Shown piece by piece: positions 45,777-56,509 of a DNA stretch of 64,000 bases. How positions within the stretch are numbered: position 1 is the stretch's first letter; the number at the start of each line of letters is the position of its first letter. Position numbers and translations under genes: made by a program. Source of the DNA: Pocillopora damicornis (Eukaryota); contig NW_020844494.1 of NCBI RefSeq assembly GCF_003704095.1, forward strand, positions 620,001-684,000, written 5' to 3'. The notes below the pieces were generated by a model that was not told the origin of the DNA, did no database searches, and worked only from the letters and a program-made list of their open reading frames with translations.

Positions 45777-47929
45777 ATGCGCTGCGCAAAATCAGAGCTG
45801 ATAGTTCTTCTCGGTGTCGGAATGTTTCTCGCTGGTTCTATTTCCCTAATTACGATTACGATGCAAAAAATTTTCCCTGCTCGTGAAGAGCAAACCTTTA
45901 AAGAAATAAACTGTACGATTGTATCAGGGGACATGAACGCTACAACAAAATGCTCCAATAAAAATCAAGAGGGAAGCTATCCGTGCCTCCGGATATATGT
46001 TCTGTGTGGCAAAGATAAGATCAAAGAGAATCCTTCGTTAGAGAGCACACAGCCCCGTTTATTAAGAAAGGATTTTTACAGCTTGCAAAAACAGGTACGT
46101 ACGTCTACAGATCTCAGTGTGTTTATTCTCATTGTTTTTAATTATGAGAATGGATTTCTTTTCGTTGCCAAAATGATATCAATTAAGTTAAAACGAGCTT
46201 TTCGTGTGTTTTGTGTGTAAAATAAGTAGTGGTAATTTCGTATTTTCGTGAATAGCGAATAGTTATTGCGCTGACGAAGTGCAAAAGCATGTCCATATTC
46301 TATTTCGCAATAAATGCGCAGTTGGCCTTTGATCCCCATTGTTTATCTAGGTGGTTAATTAGTTATTTTTGCTTGTTATGTATTTATTTTTTGTCCTGGG
46401 AAAACCAATCACAATCATCTGAACCGAACCCAGGTCAAGATCTGTCCACGCTACCATCCCTGGCACTTGTCCCACAATTTTGAGTGCAAGAATCTGTCAG
46501 GGTGATTAGAAAGCGTGACATTGAAGAAGACACACCCTTCTACCTCCCTCTGTTTCCAATGCGAAAATTTTGAGGTGATCACATTGGACCATAACTATTG
46601 CCAGAGCCAAAGAAAGTTCCGTTAGGAAAATTTGCTTGCGTCAAAGCTTGCACAAGGTGTACATCCTAATTACCTGAAAATATACATAGAAAGATTTCAC
46701 AAGAACTTTTTAAGTTGTTGATAATGATTTGTGACAGCTTACTACATAATGTTGTGGCGATATACCCGTATTAATTACATAATGTTGAGTACCAGGTAGA
46801 TAAAATTACCGAAATGGCGCTGATAAAAAAATCTTCTTACAACCTGCATGCTCACATTTTGCAATGTACATAGCAAGATCGGGAAGCGATCTGAAACAAT
46901 TAGGTTCCTATCACTTGAGGTAATTTTTAGATGAGATTATCCCAAAATTCGTGTCCTGTTTCGTCTGAGCGCATAACAATCTCTGCACGTACGTTACGCA
47001 ATGTAGAATCAATAGTTTTTTCTTGTCACTCATTGGAAATACGTAATGAGTGAGGGGTTCAAGGCGAGGAATCATTCAATAAAACGTGCATTACCTAAGG
47101 GCCTCTCCGCACTGGCGGACAAAAGTGGAATTGTCCTGACAAAATCAAAGGAAAAATTTTGTCTAAACAACAAATTTTTGTTTCGTCTGTGGCATCTGCA
47201 TTAAAAATTTCAAAGCCGTCAACTTCCGTCAGCGCCTGATCTGCTCATAAGACCGGCCAGTATAGTCTGCCAAAGAATTCTACCTCCATTTTCCACGATT
47301 TATCCTCAGTCTTTTAAAATTTTAGATATCCGAGTTTCGCAACAAAAGACAATTTTTGCCTTTCTAGCAAACTGATTTCAGTTCAATTACACGCTTGTCG
47401 TAGCTTGCACGATAAATGGTCGACATGTGTATCACGGTTTTGTTTATTTGGTCGCTTTTGTCCAGTTTTTACCCAGGACAAATTTTGTCGGCGGTACGTC
47501 TGAAGATTTGTCCGCTTTGGCCAAAATTTGCCAAATTGTTTAATAAACAACTTTTTCGCCAGTGCGGAAAGGCCTAACTTTCTTTATTTTCCGCTTTCTT
47601 TTCTTTAGTGCACTTTACCGCCAGAACAGTGTAGTGACAAGAAGACTGACAAGCATCCCTTGAAGAAGTTATTTCACAGTGGTAATCCTGTAGGATCAAA
47701 CCTCCACTGCTTTTACAACCCAAGTGATCCGGAACAAATCGTCAGCCAGAAAGCTTCCAAGGAAAGCTACAACAAAATGGTGCTGAGTAATGTGGTTTGG
47801 CCGCTGGCCGTTATACTGTTAGCGGTGATTATTACTGCGGGAGCTGCTTGTTTCCTCGCTACACGGCCTCAAGCCGGTTATGAAAAGTTAGAGGGAGTGA
47901 CCAGTGCTTCGCTTTATCAAACACTTTGA
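45777..47929 (+). CDS. BK (Slo1) channel beta-subunit-like two-TM protein (KCNMB/CaKB family), copy 1, 212 aa
   Basis: Exons 45777-46094 and 47609-47929. TM1; EINCTIVS; YPCLRIYV; Q|CTLPP; CFYNPSDPEQIV; VVWPLAVILL TM2. This is the KCNMB cysteine/WP pattern. Confidence 0.8.
47099..47574. mobile_element. PIF/Harbinger-type MITE
   Basis: TIRs GGGCCTCTCCGCACTGGCG / CGCCAGTGCGGAAAGGCC; TAA on both sides (47096-47098, 47575-47577). Confidence 0.75.
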
Positions 47930-49359
47930 AAGAACAAGTGCTAGTCATATCACTATCCTGGACCATGATGACTTTCTTCTCCACAATGTGTGCTCGTTTA
48001 GGGTCGAAGTGAGAACGGTGCTGAATCTTAGAATTATAACAGATGGAAAGGACATGGGTTGTGACAAGTCATGATCTGTATCTCTGAGCAACGAGTTGAT
48101 ACATTGAATTTTGGCTGACAGAAAAAGAGAAGGCGACTGATAGAGACTGCGTAAGCTGAAGTCGTTTACTTCACAGATCGAGCGGACTTTTGGCTGTACC
48201 GTTTACGTTCAAGACTGTTGAATTCGGACAGACTGTAATACCTACGATCAATAGAGCAACAAAAGAGGCAAAGTTGTGAAAATTAAGGAATGTTGAAATT
48301 GTGACAAACCATCATAAATTATTATGTAAATATATTGTATCATTCAATATGATTGCATAGCATTTCATCATAGCTTTATCGAAAAGAAGATATTGCGAAA
48401 TAAAGTACGGAATTGACCTCAGTAACTCTTCAATTTTTGGCTCGGCGAACAAAATTATGCACTGTCACTCTTAGGATGAATCCATGTCGAGAGAAACCCT
48501 TCATTACGAACACCTTCACGTCCTAGATTGTCCGACACCCTATCGACAAGAAATGAAACTGTTCACCCTAACAAAGTTTAAGAACACTTAACACTAAGCC
48601 TTCTTTATTGAATGAAATATGTATCCGCAGGAAACAGAATATTTAATGTATTCAACCTCCGACGTTCTTAGGAATTCAAGTGTCTCAAATCTTTGGCAAT
48701 GTCGTCATCCATATATTTGGCACTTGATATTTCCTTTCATGATTATTTCCGTTTCAAGTGATATTCCCGTACAAGCTTTCTAGACCATCGAAAGAGAAAA
48801 AAAAAAACAGTATAAATTGTTTCGAGAGAATTGAAAACAATTGTTTTTGTTGCGTCTCTTGCATTTAAGTTTCAACTAATTTACGATTCAAATTGGATCG
48901 CGATAATCATTTGCTTGTCTAGACGCGACATAGAACTCCACAAGTCAGCAATTAGTCCTCCGCAAAGGATGAATCATATCAGATTGTCGTTTTAACTTTG
49001 CTTCCATATCTTAAAGTTACACTTCTCACTGTACCAAATTAGTGTTGCTCATTGTTTAAGAAATAGCAATCCGGAACACTTTTAACTGGCTGAATTAAAT
49101 GAAAGAAGTAGAGGGCTGATTACAGTGTTGATTGACTCTTGTTTCACTTTTCTAGCGATCGAAAGCTAATTGTGTGCGAACGTGATTGGGTGGAGCGGAA
49201 ATGCGTTAAAAGACTCGCTAAGATATAATTGTTTGTCGCACGAAAGATAGGTTTTTTCTCCTTGAAGCTGACCGAAGAAGAGGTGTTTGATAAAACAGAA
49301 CTATCTAAATATCACCAAGTTTATATCGGATCTCCTCGGAGCGTGCATTTGTAGCTTCA

Positions 49360-50783
49360 ATGTATACCAACTACTTTAAATTCACACTAATTTTGGCGAG
49401 TTTTTTGTTTGTTACGGGGTTTATTTCCTTGGTGGTTTTGTCTACAACGCAAGTGATGCCCGCTCGAAGAGGGCTGAGCTACGAAAAAGTAACTTGCCGA
49501 ATTACACGTAGGGAAATATTTTGTGAAAGAGGAAACTGTAGTGAATGTATCTCTGGTGGAACCAGCACTTCCTTGTGTCTCAAAGTGTACGTGCTATGTG
49601 GTAATCACGACGAAATTATAAACAAAAATCTTTCAAGCTACAAGGAAAGCGGATATCTGCTTCGTAAAGATGTGTACCACTTGAACGACCAGGTAACATA
49701 AATTCTTAATAGCTTTTTTATATAATTTCTCTCAAAGATGGTTAGGACTTAGTTCCAAATTTTGAGATAACTTAGTATGCAAATTTTTTTTATTTTTACA
49801 TTTACATATCAGCGCATCCAGAAAGTGAACGCCTGGAAACATCGTATAAAATTTCCACCTAAAAATGAGTTAGTAGTTTTGCGCTTTCGTATTTGATTTG
49901 AAAAATTTAACCATGATACTGCTATATAGGTAACATTTACCAAATAAATTTCAATACTTCATGGATATTTCAAACAGTCGACTCCTCCTCGCTCAGTCAA
50001 GATAATAGGGAATTAAAGGCCAGAAAAAGCGTCTCTCAATATTTTATTTTTCCAATACATTATTTTCGCGAACAACAATCAGCTGTAGCCAGATCACTAG
50101 TTCAAGTGAACTTTTCCTGTGGCTGACGTTTTGTTTACTCCTTTTAATCAAGCACAGAGAATAATAAAAACTAATAAAAATAATAATAGGCATCCATGTG
50201 AAAAGACAGAAACGGGCCATGAATAACTCGGCAGCTGTTTCGTTGATTAATTTCTACGTGCTAACAACTAAAGTCAAGGAACTCGCGCTACGCGCTCGTA
50301 TCGGGGATCACTCGCATGTGAAACTCGCGTGTAAAATTTCAACTTCGAAAAAGCCAGCCACCCAATTCGCGCTTTTACTAAATTGAGAAAAAAAGGAAAG
50401 TGAGGAACATTATTATTATCAAAATGAGGCAATCCTTATCACTCAGCAAAAGTTTATCTAACATTTCTGTGTTTCCAACAATTCCTTCTTTTCAGTGCAC
50501 TCGTAAACTAGATTCAATCTGCAACTCGGACTTAGCTCCCACCCCAAATGGACTGCACCATTTTCAAGTTGGAAAGGGGAAGACTGGGCCTACCTACCAG
50601 TACTATCGCAACCCAAATGTCCCGGATGAGGTTGTGTACGAAAATCACAGCAAAGAACATTACAGAAAGGTCGTGCTACACAGCGTGTTGTGGCCGACCG
50701 CTTTGATAGGACTTTCCATTTTAATTGTCACTGCAGCCATGTGCCTTAGCCCAACGTCGAGAGATTACAGAAGAATACCGTAA
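49360..50783 (+). CDS. KCNMB/CaKB-like two-TM protein, copy 2, 206 aa
   Basis: Exons 49360-49692 and 50496-50783; same phase-0 intron position (Q|CT) as copy 1; PARR, CLKVYVLCG, LLRKD, VLWP TM2. Confidence 0.78.
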
Positions 50784-51322
50784 ACTGTTAAACGAGTGGA
50801 AACTAATGATTGAGGGTTAAGTTGGGTTCTGCTATGGTTTAAATTCCTTGCGGGGTAAATGGACACCACGGGAAAAAACCGCTGGCTCAAGTCACAAGAT
50901 ACCAACCAAGTTCAGTGAGAACTTAAACAAGTTCATAATTGCTAGCAAGAAGGTTGAGGTTTATCAGCGAGAGGGCAGCAAGTACCGCTCGAAATAAGGT
51001 CGTACACGATTAAGTAAAATAGTTTAGCTAATGTACAAATAGTAAGATTGTTAACCATTTACAAAACATGGCTAGAGAGTACGGACGCAGTCTTTGTATC
51101 GTTATATAGTAAAAGAAATAACCCTTTCACTTCGTTAAGTTAATGATAACAGCTTGAGGTATTTTTTTTGTCGGGGTTTGAAACTGGAAAATCAAACCGA
51201 GCGTACTTGTAATAAATAAATACTCTGTCAAATAACATGAATTTCATTGATTTATGATTGTTAACCAAGATTTTATTGTACACATCAACATTTTCATCTT
51301 CAAGTGAAAAACCGTAATTTTT

Positions 51323-52216
51323 TTAAAAGAAAGTTGACCGATGAATCCTCGCCTTTAAGACCATGTAGCTCATTCTCGTTTCCTCCGTAGCGGTGTCATA
51401 GTGTCCATTAGTCCGAGAAGGTAGCATTTGTGCAGTCACGTGGTGTTTTATGTTATTATTCGCGTCAGTCTTGGAGCAATAAGCCTGAGTAATGCCGCTG
51501 TGCAAGTTACATAATGTCCTTCTTTTGTCACACTCCGGAAAGCCTCTGTCTCCACGATTTCTTTCCTTTGCGGAAATTTTGTTCCCGTTGTCTTCTCCTA
51601 GACGGTCGCTAGGATCACAGCACCTATTCCACAGAGATTTTTCATTCTCAGTGAGCCTCGGACCCATGACATATTTAATTCCCTCACGCCATCCTTTTCT
51701 CTCAGGTTTTTTGTCATTCCCACTGGTCAGACAAATAAAACTCGGTACCACCTCTATTGGTGGCAAAAGTCCTTTGTTATTTTCACCAAAAGGTTTTCCC
51801 CTCAAGTTCTCTTGCATTGACCTTGGATTGCCTCTTGAAGTGTTCGGAGAGTCGAGCCAGGGCAGGACGAGATTTTCCTCTTCAAAAATCTTCCTCGACA
51901 CACAAGTGTTTCTTTGGTTCAAGTACTCTAGTTCATTATAATCATCCGAACAGGGCGTCCTTTCTGAGTTTTCCTCTCTTCTAGTTTTTCTTCCTCTTCT
52001 TTTTGCTACATTCTGCTGGTCAATTACCGGCTGACTGTTCATCTTGACTGATGACGTTAAGTCATTGTGTCTTGATGAACTCAAAGGGAGCCTGGCGTTG
52101 TGGTCTATTTCAAGTTCTTTGTTCAGATTGACATTTCTTCTTTTGAACGCTGCATTTTTCTGCCTATGATAGATTTTCGGATGCAAATTTTTAAAGGGAT
52201 TTTCCATTCTCTCCAT
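51323..52216 (-). CDS. Uncharacterised 297-aa hydrophilic, probably disordered protein
   Basis: Long open frame with good ATG context (GAAATGG); upstream UTR acceptor at 52261; no recognisable domain. Confidence 0.6.
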   Translation of the reverse strand: MERMENPFKNLHPKIYHRQKNAAFKRRNVNLNKELEIDHNARLPLSSSRHNDLTSSVKMNSQPVIDQQNVAKRRGRKTRREENSERTPCSDDYNELEYLNQRNTCVSRKIFEEENLVLPWLDSPNTSRGNPRSMQENLRGKPFGENNKGLLPPIEVVPSFICLTSGNDKKPERKGWREGIKYVMGPRLTENEKSLWNRCCDPSDRLGEDNGNKISAKERNRGDRGFPECDKRRTLCNLHSGITQAYCSKTDANNNIKHHVTAQMLPSRTNGHYDTATEETRMSYMVLKARIHRSTFF

Positions 52217-52962
52217 TTCGGTCTCCTCAGTGTCACAAGACTAAGCGATGCTGTTGGCAACTGAAAACACGTTGAAGGACCTCCACAAAGTCACTTCATT
52301 TGTTGCTATGAAAAACAGAGAAGTCTTATAGATAATTGATCAATGATTATTGTAAACATCTTAAACAGAAAAACACTCGCTCTATACCAAGGCATCATTA
52401 ACCGTCTTGTTTCTATTTCCGATCAACCCTTGAGCTAAGCTGAAAAAGCCTGACATTAAGTCAAAAATCAACTAAAACAACTAGAAGAATTTTCGTTGAG
52501 AGAGATATACTGATGCAAATCAAGGTAGAATGACTTATCTTGTATAAACAGCATCAGGAATCAGCCTCTCAAAATTAACATCAGTTCTGAATTAATAAAG
52601 TTTACCTTATAATCATTCTGATGCAAATTAATGAAGAAGAATTAATAACTTCTTTTTCACATCTCAACATCTCACTGACTGTGGTGTTCGTAACAAACTG
52701 CTTATGGATTCAAATGTGTCTTACGCGGATGAACGAATATTATGGGAAAAATGGCGCACATCTCATGGAAACACCACCAACTCAAGGCGTTTAGTTCTTA
52801 ACCTCAATTTTTTGTCACGGAAGAAAAGGAAATTCATTTTATTTACTTCGAAAAATTCAAATCTTCCACATACATGTCATGTCGATTTTAATTCAAAATC
52901 TATCATCAGCTAGTTTGGGAATATTTTCAGCGACGGATTTAAGTGGCGTCGGAAATCTTCTG

Positions 52963-53183
52963 CTAACCTCCGAATTTACGAGGGTTCCACCTCAGATTCT
53001 TCTCTCTGTGACTGCCTACATTTCACCATAATAAATAAGGCTTAAGATTCTCTCCAACCTAAGATTGCCACACTTACCTTTTCTCATTTTCTTTACTTTC
53101 GTGTCTGATGCCGCGACGCCAGTTTCGCCGAATATCAAACATATAGCTACTGCGCAAAGTAAAATGCTTGGCTTATCAAACAT
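52963..53183 (-). CDS. Putative 52-aa secreted cationic peptide (2 exons)
   Basis: Exon 53183-53078 + 62-nt GTAAGT..TGTAG intron + exon 53015-52963 gives MFDKPSILLCAVAICLIFGETGVAASDTKVKKMRKGSHREKNLRWNPRKFGG*. AATAAA lies about 120 nt downstream (~52838-52843). Confidence 0.55.
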
Positions 53184-53829
53184 CGTTACTAAGTTACGCC
53201 TCTTCTTCGCCAAGGTGAACAAATATACGTTGACAACATCAAATTTCCTATCCATTAGAATCAATCTGCCTCAGCTGAGAGATGTTAAGATGATAAGTAG
53301 GTTTAATATTTGAGAGACTCTTTTTCACAGAGTGGGTTTATCAAAATCAAGATCACATTGTGATCAGAAAAGCAAAAAATGACGAAGCCAGTGTAAAGAT
53401 TAATTATATTTTCTTAGATAAAACTGGCACGCAATCCTAATAGCATGCTTCGCTTATTTGTGCTGCGCCATGAGCACGTAATATCTCATTAAAATTTCAA
53501 ATAGCTGATCTAAAGTCAGGCCGAAAATAATCATATTGATTTTGTTTTGATTGCCTCACTATGGTTAACTAAGGCTAATCTTTCAGATCAAGTCAACTGG
53601 TCATGCTTTTGTTACGACGCTCGACAGCTTTAGCTGATAATTATAATAATAAAAAATGGTTGTTTCCTGTCTTTAAGGGTTCTTTTACTCCACCACTTTA
53701 AGTCTTTCAGAGACGTCATACACACTCAGCAAAAAACAGCATTTAAATTCACAAAAAATTATTCGATTCATTAATTAAATGAATATTTCTTTGATGTTTT
53801 GGTTTCCTGGCTCCGACAAGAACAATGAT

Positions 53830-54517
53830 ATTAATAATAATAAGAGTTCTCAATAACGCATTCTTTATATAAATATCTCGATGCTTTTTACAACTAAAAG
53901 GAAGAGCTCTCACAAAACAGGTACGTTTTCAACGCCCTTTTAAAACTATCAACAGAGTTACTTTGTCTAATGACAAGTGGTGGCTGATTCCATAACTTCG
54001 GAGCAATAGCCGCTAAATATCTATCTCCGTAAGTAACTGTAGTGGTCTTAGGGATAACTAGAAGGTTGGAATCCCCTGAACGAAGAGAGCGACATGGAGT
54101 GTAATGATGTAACAGTTCATTGATATACACTGGGGCAAGGCTGTTAAGAGATTTGTACGTAATCAAAAGTAACTTAAAAACTGTTCTGTTATTAACAGGA
54201 AGCCAGCGTAACTTCTTTTAAAACAAGAGTTATGTGATCAGTCTTCTTCATGCACACACTTAATCTTGCTGCGGTATTCTGTAATCTCTAAAATTTCTCA
54301 GTTGCACGGGAGGGAATTCCATAGAGCAAACCATTACAATAATCCAATTTCGATAAAACGAAGGCATGGACATTGCGCTCAGTATCCGCTTGCGAAAGAT
54401 ATTTTTTGATTCTGCAATAGAATGAAACGGACGGGAAAGAGCGCGACAGGTGTTGTTGACATAGGGTGAGGTGTGAATCAAGCGTGACTCGTGTGTGACA
54501 AGTGTGGCTGCGGGCAA
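53830..54517 (-). mobile_element. 5'-truncated CR1/L2-group LINE (ORF2 C-terminus, frameshifted) with (TTA)n tail
   Basis: YKSLNSLAPVYINELL..RSLRS..LLVIPK..YGDR..APKLWN..P..IR..SVDSFKRALKTYLF; upstream IHAFVLSKLDYCNGLL/LQNTAAR-type residues in broken frames. Confidence 0.85.
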
Positions 54518-56509
54518 AATTTATGCTTTAATTAATTTTTCCTGGGTCAAACAAGCAAGAAATTAAAAATACAAACAACGACAAATACTTTGAACTTTGG
54601 ATGCATTTTATTGACTGAAGTATTCAGAAAATTTCTTTTTTGTGGGTGGGGCCGATCAATTTCCCTAAACCAGACAAGACCAAAACTAAAGATCATAGTT
54701 TGGTGATGTTGGGGAATAGAACTTGCTCTCAATACTGAGTCCTATAACTTTGAAAATAAAGCCAGCAGACATTTCAAATTCCTTAATTATCGCTGTCGTA
54801 ATCGTGATTGTCATCGTCAAAATCGTCTTCATATAGTTCATCGTTATTATGATTATTATTGTTATTATTATGAGTGAGATATTCTGGATAGTTCATTGTG
54901 TTCTTTTCTCCGGTCCGTTTGAGCTCCATAATAAGTGTTACAATGACAGATTAATGTTGAACTCCTTATTTGCATATACAACACACACATATTAAATTTT
55001 CCAAAAATAAATCATCTGATGAATAGTCGAACGTGAACTTTATTCGTTGACTCACGATTGTTACTTTTGATGTTGATCGCGACGTTTCGACTGCAATACT
55101 GCCAGTCTAAATCAGGCGATGGGGTCGTTAAGATAAGTTAATTACCCATTTTTTTGTTTTTTTTGTTTTGCCTTTTTTTTTGTCGACTTGAGGTGTTTGT
55201 TCAACATAAGAAACAGCGGAAGCCAAGATATGCTAATTGTCATTAGATATATGTTTGATTTTGAGGTTGGCGACAGGTAAAAAGCTATTTTTTTTTATTA
55301 AACCAGCCAAATCAATTGCGAATCAGTTAATAAGCTACTGTAAATAAGCAAAAAATGATAGTGATGCACAACAGCGGCAAGGAAAGAAATCAGCCAGTGA
55401 AGTGAAAAACTGTACGAAGGATTCTTAGAAAACCAGAAAAGGAGAAACAAATTATTTACCTGTGTACTTTTATCTCAAAAATTAATACTAGTTATGCTTC
55501 TTAACAACGGGTTTGAACTTTGAGTTTGAATCCTAACTGCTTTTGTTGCAGCTAAGCAACCACATAAACAGGAACAAACACCCTTGACTTATTTTTAGGA
55601 CGATTTGATTCCAAATAAGTAAACAATATCTGTATAGACTTGGTGCTGCATTGTTGTGTAAAATTGATTGACAATTATATCAGACAGTTGGCCACATCAA
55701 ATTAACAATTAAACCTTGTTCAAATATTTTTCTTTACATTCAATATTTATTATTTGTTTACGTTTTATAATTTGTAGCATCGACTGGACTAGGCGATCAT
55801 AAAACTATTATTCTAATTATTTAATAAACAGATGAATAGAAAGATTAGTAAGCCCGTTGAGGTAGCAATTTAGGTGAAAGTTTGGTCGTACTTGGTAAGT
55901 AACTGTGTTATCCAGCTGATAATTCTTACTACGCAAAACCCTATGGTTGGATTTCCCCACGAAAATCTGTAAATCTCTAAGTCTCTGAGAGTGTTCTAGG
56001 CAAATTAAACGTGTGAATAAGTTATGACCCAAACTTTACTGATTGTTCACGTCATAAGTATTTTTATGATTTTGTTTTTTTCTATGAATTTAACAAGCAA
56101 TTATTGGATGAGGGTAAGCAAAAATAAAAAATTGTATGTTTTAGAAACTTAGGAAGAAGAGTTACTCACACTGTAAAGCTAACGCATGAAGAGATCTTCT
56201 TGTGACAGAGACAATATAGAGGACGGTGGATCGTTAGTGTAAGGTAAAACTATGGCTGTCGCAGTCGCCATGCTTTCCGACATTTTTACCTTATTATTGT
56301 AAATTAAACTATTCGTGAAATCTGATTTGTCGAGAGTATTCAAACCACAATTGTGTTATTATACATTTCTTAAATGCGTTCAGCCATTGCGAGTTTCTCT
56401 CTGAGCCTGAAAAAGTTTGAGAGCACTAGACGGACGAGGAGGCTTGAAAACTATACAGACCCTGAACGCAATATCCTCTGCATATATTGGAATTATCATG
56501 TCAAATTCA

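Noticed and set aside
46390-46900. Antisense exon-like stretches in the intron of KCNMB copy 1 (SLPDLAMYIAKCEHAG; QANFPNGTFFGSGNSYGP)
   Set aside because: Multiple in-frame stops and no recognisable family; may be an old relic but cannot be supported.
56170-56283. 34-codon minus-strand ORF followed by a GTGAGT donor
   Set aside because: No signal or domain features; at most a UTR exon of a downstream minus-strand gene.
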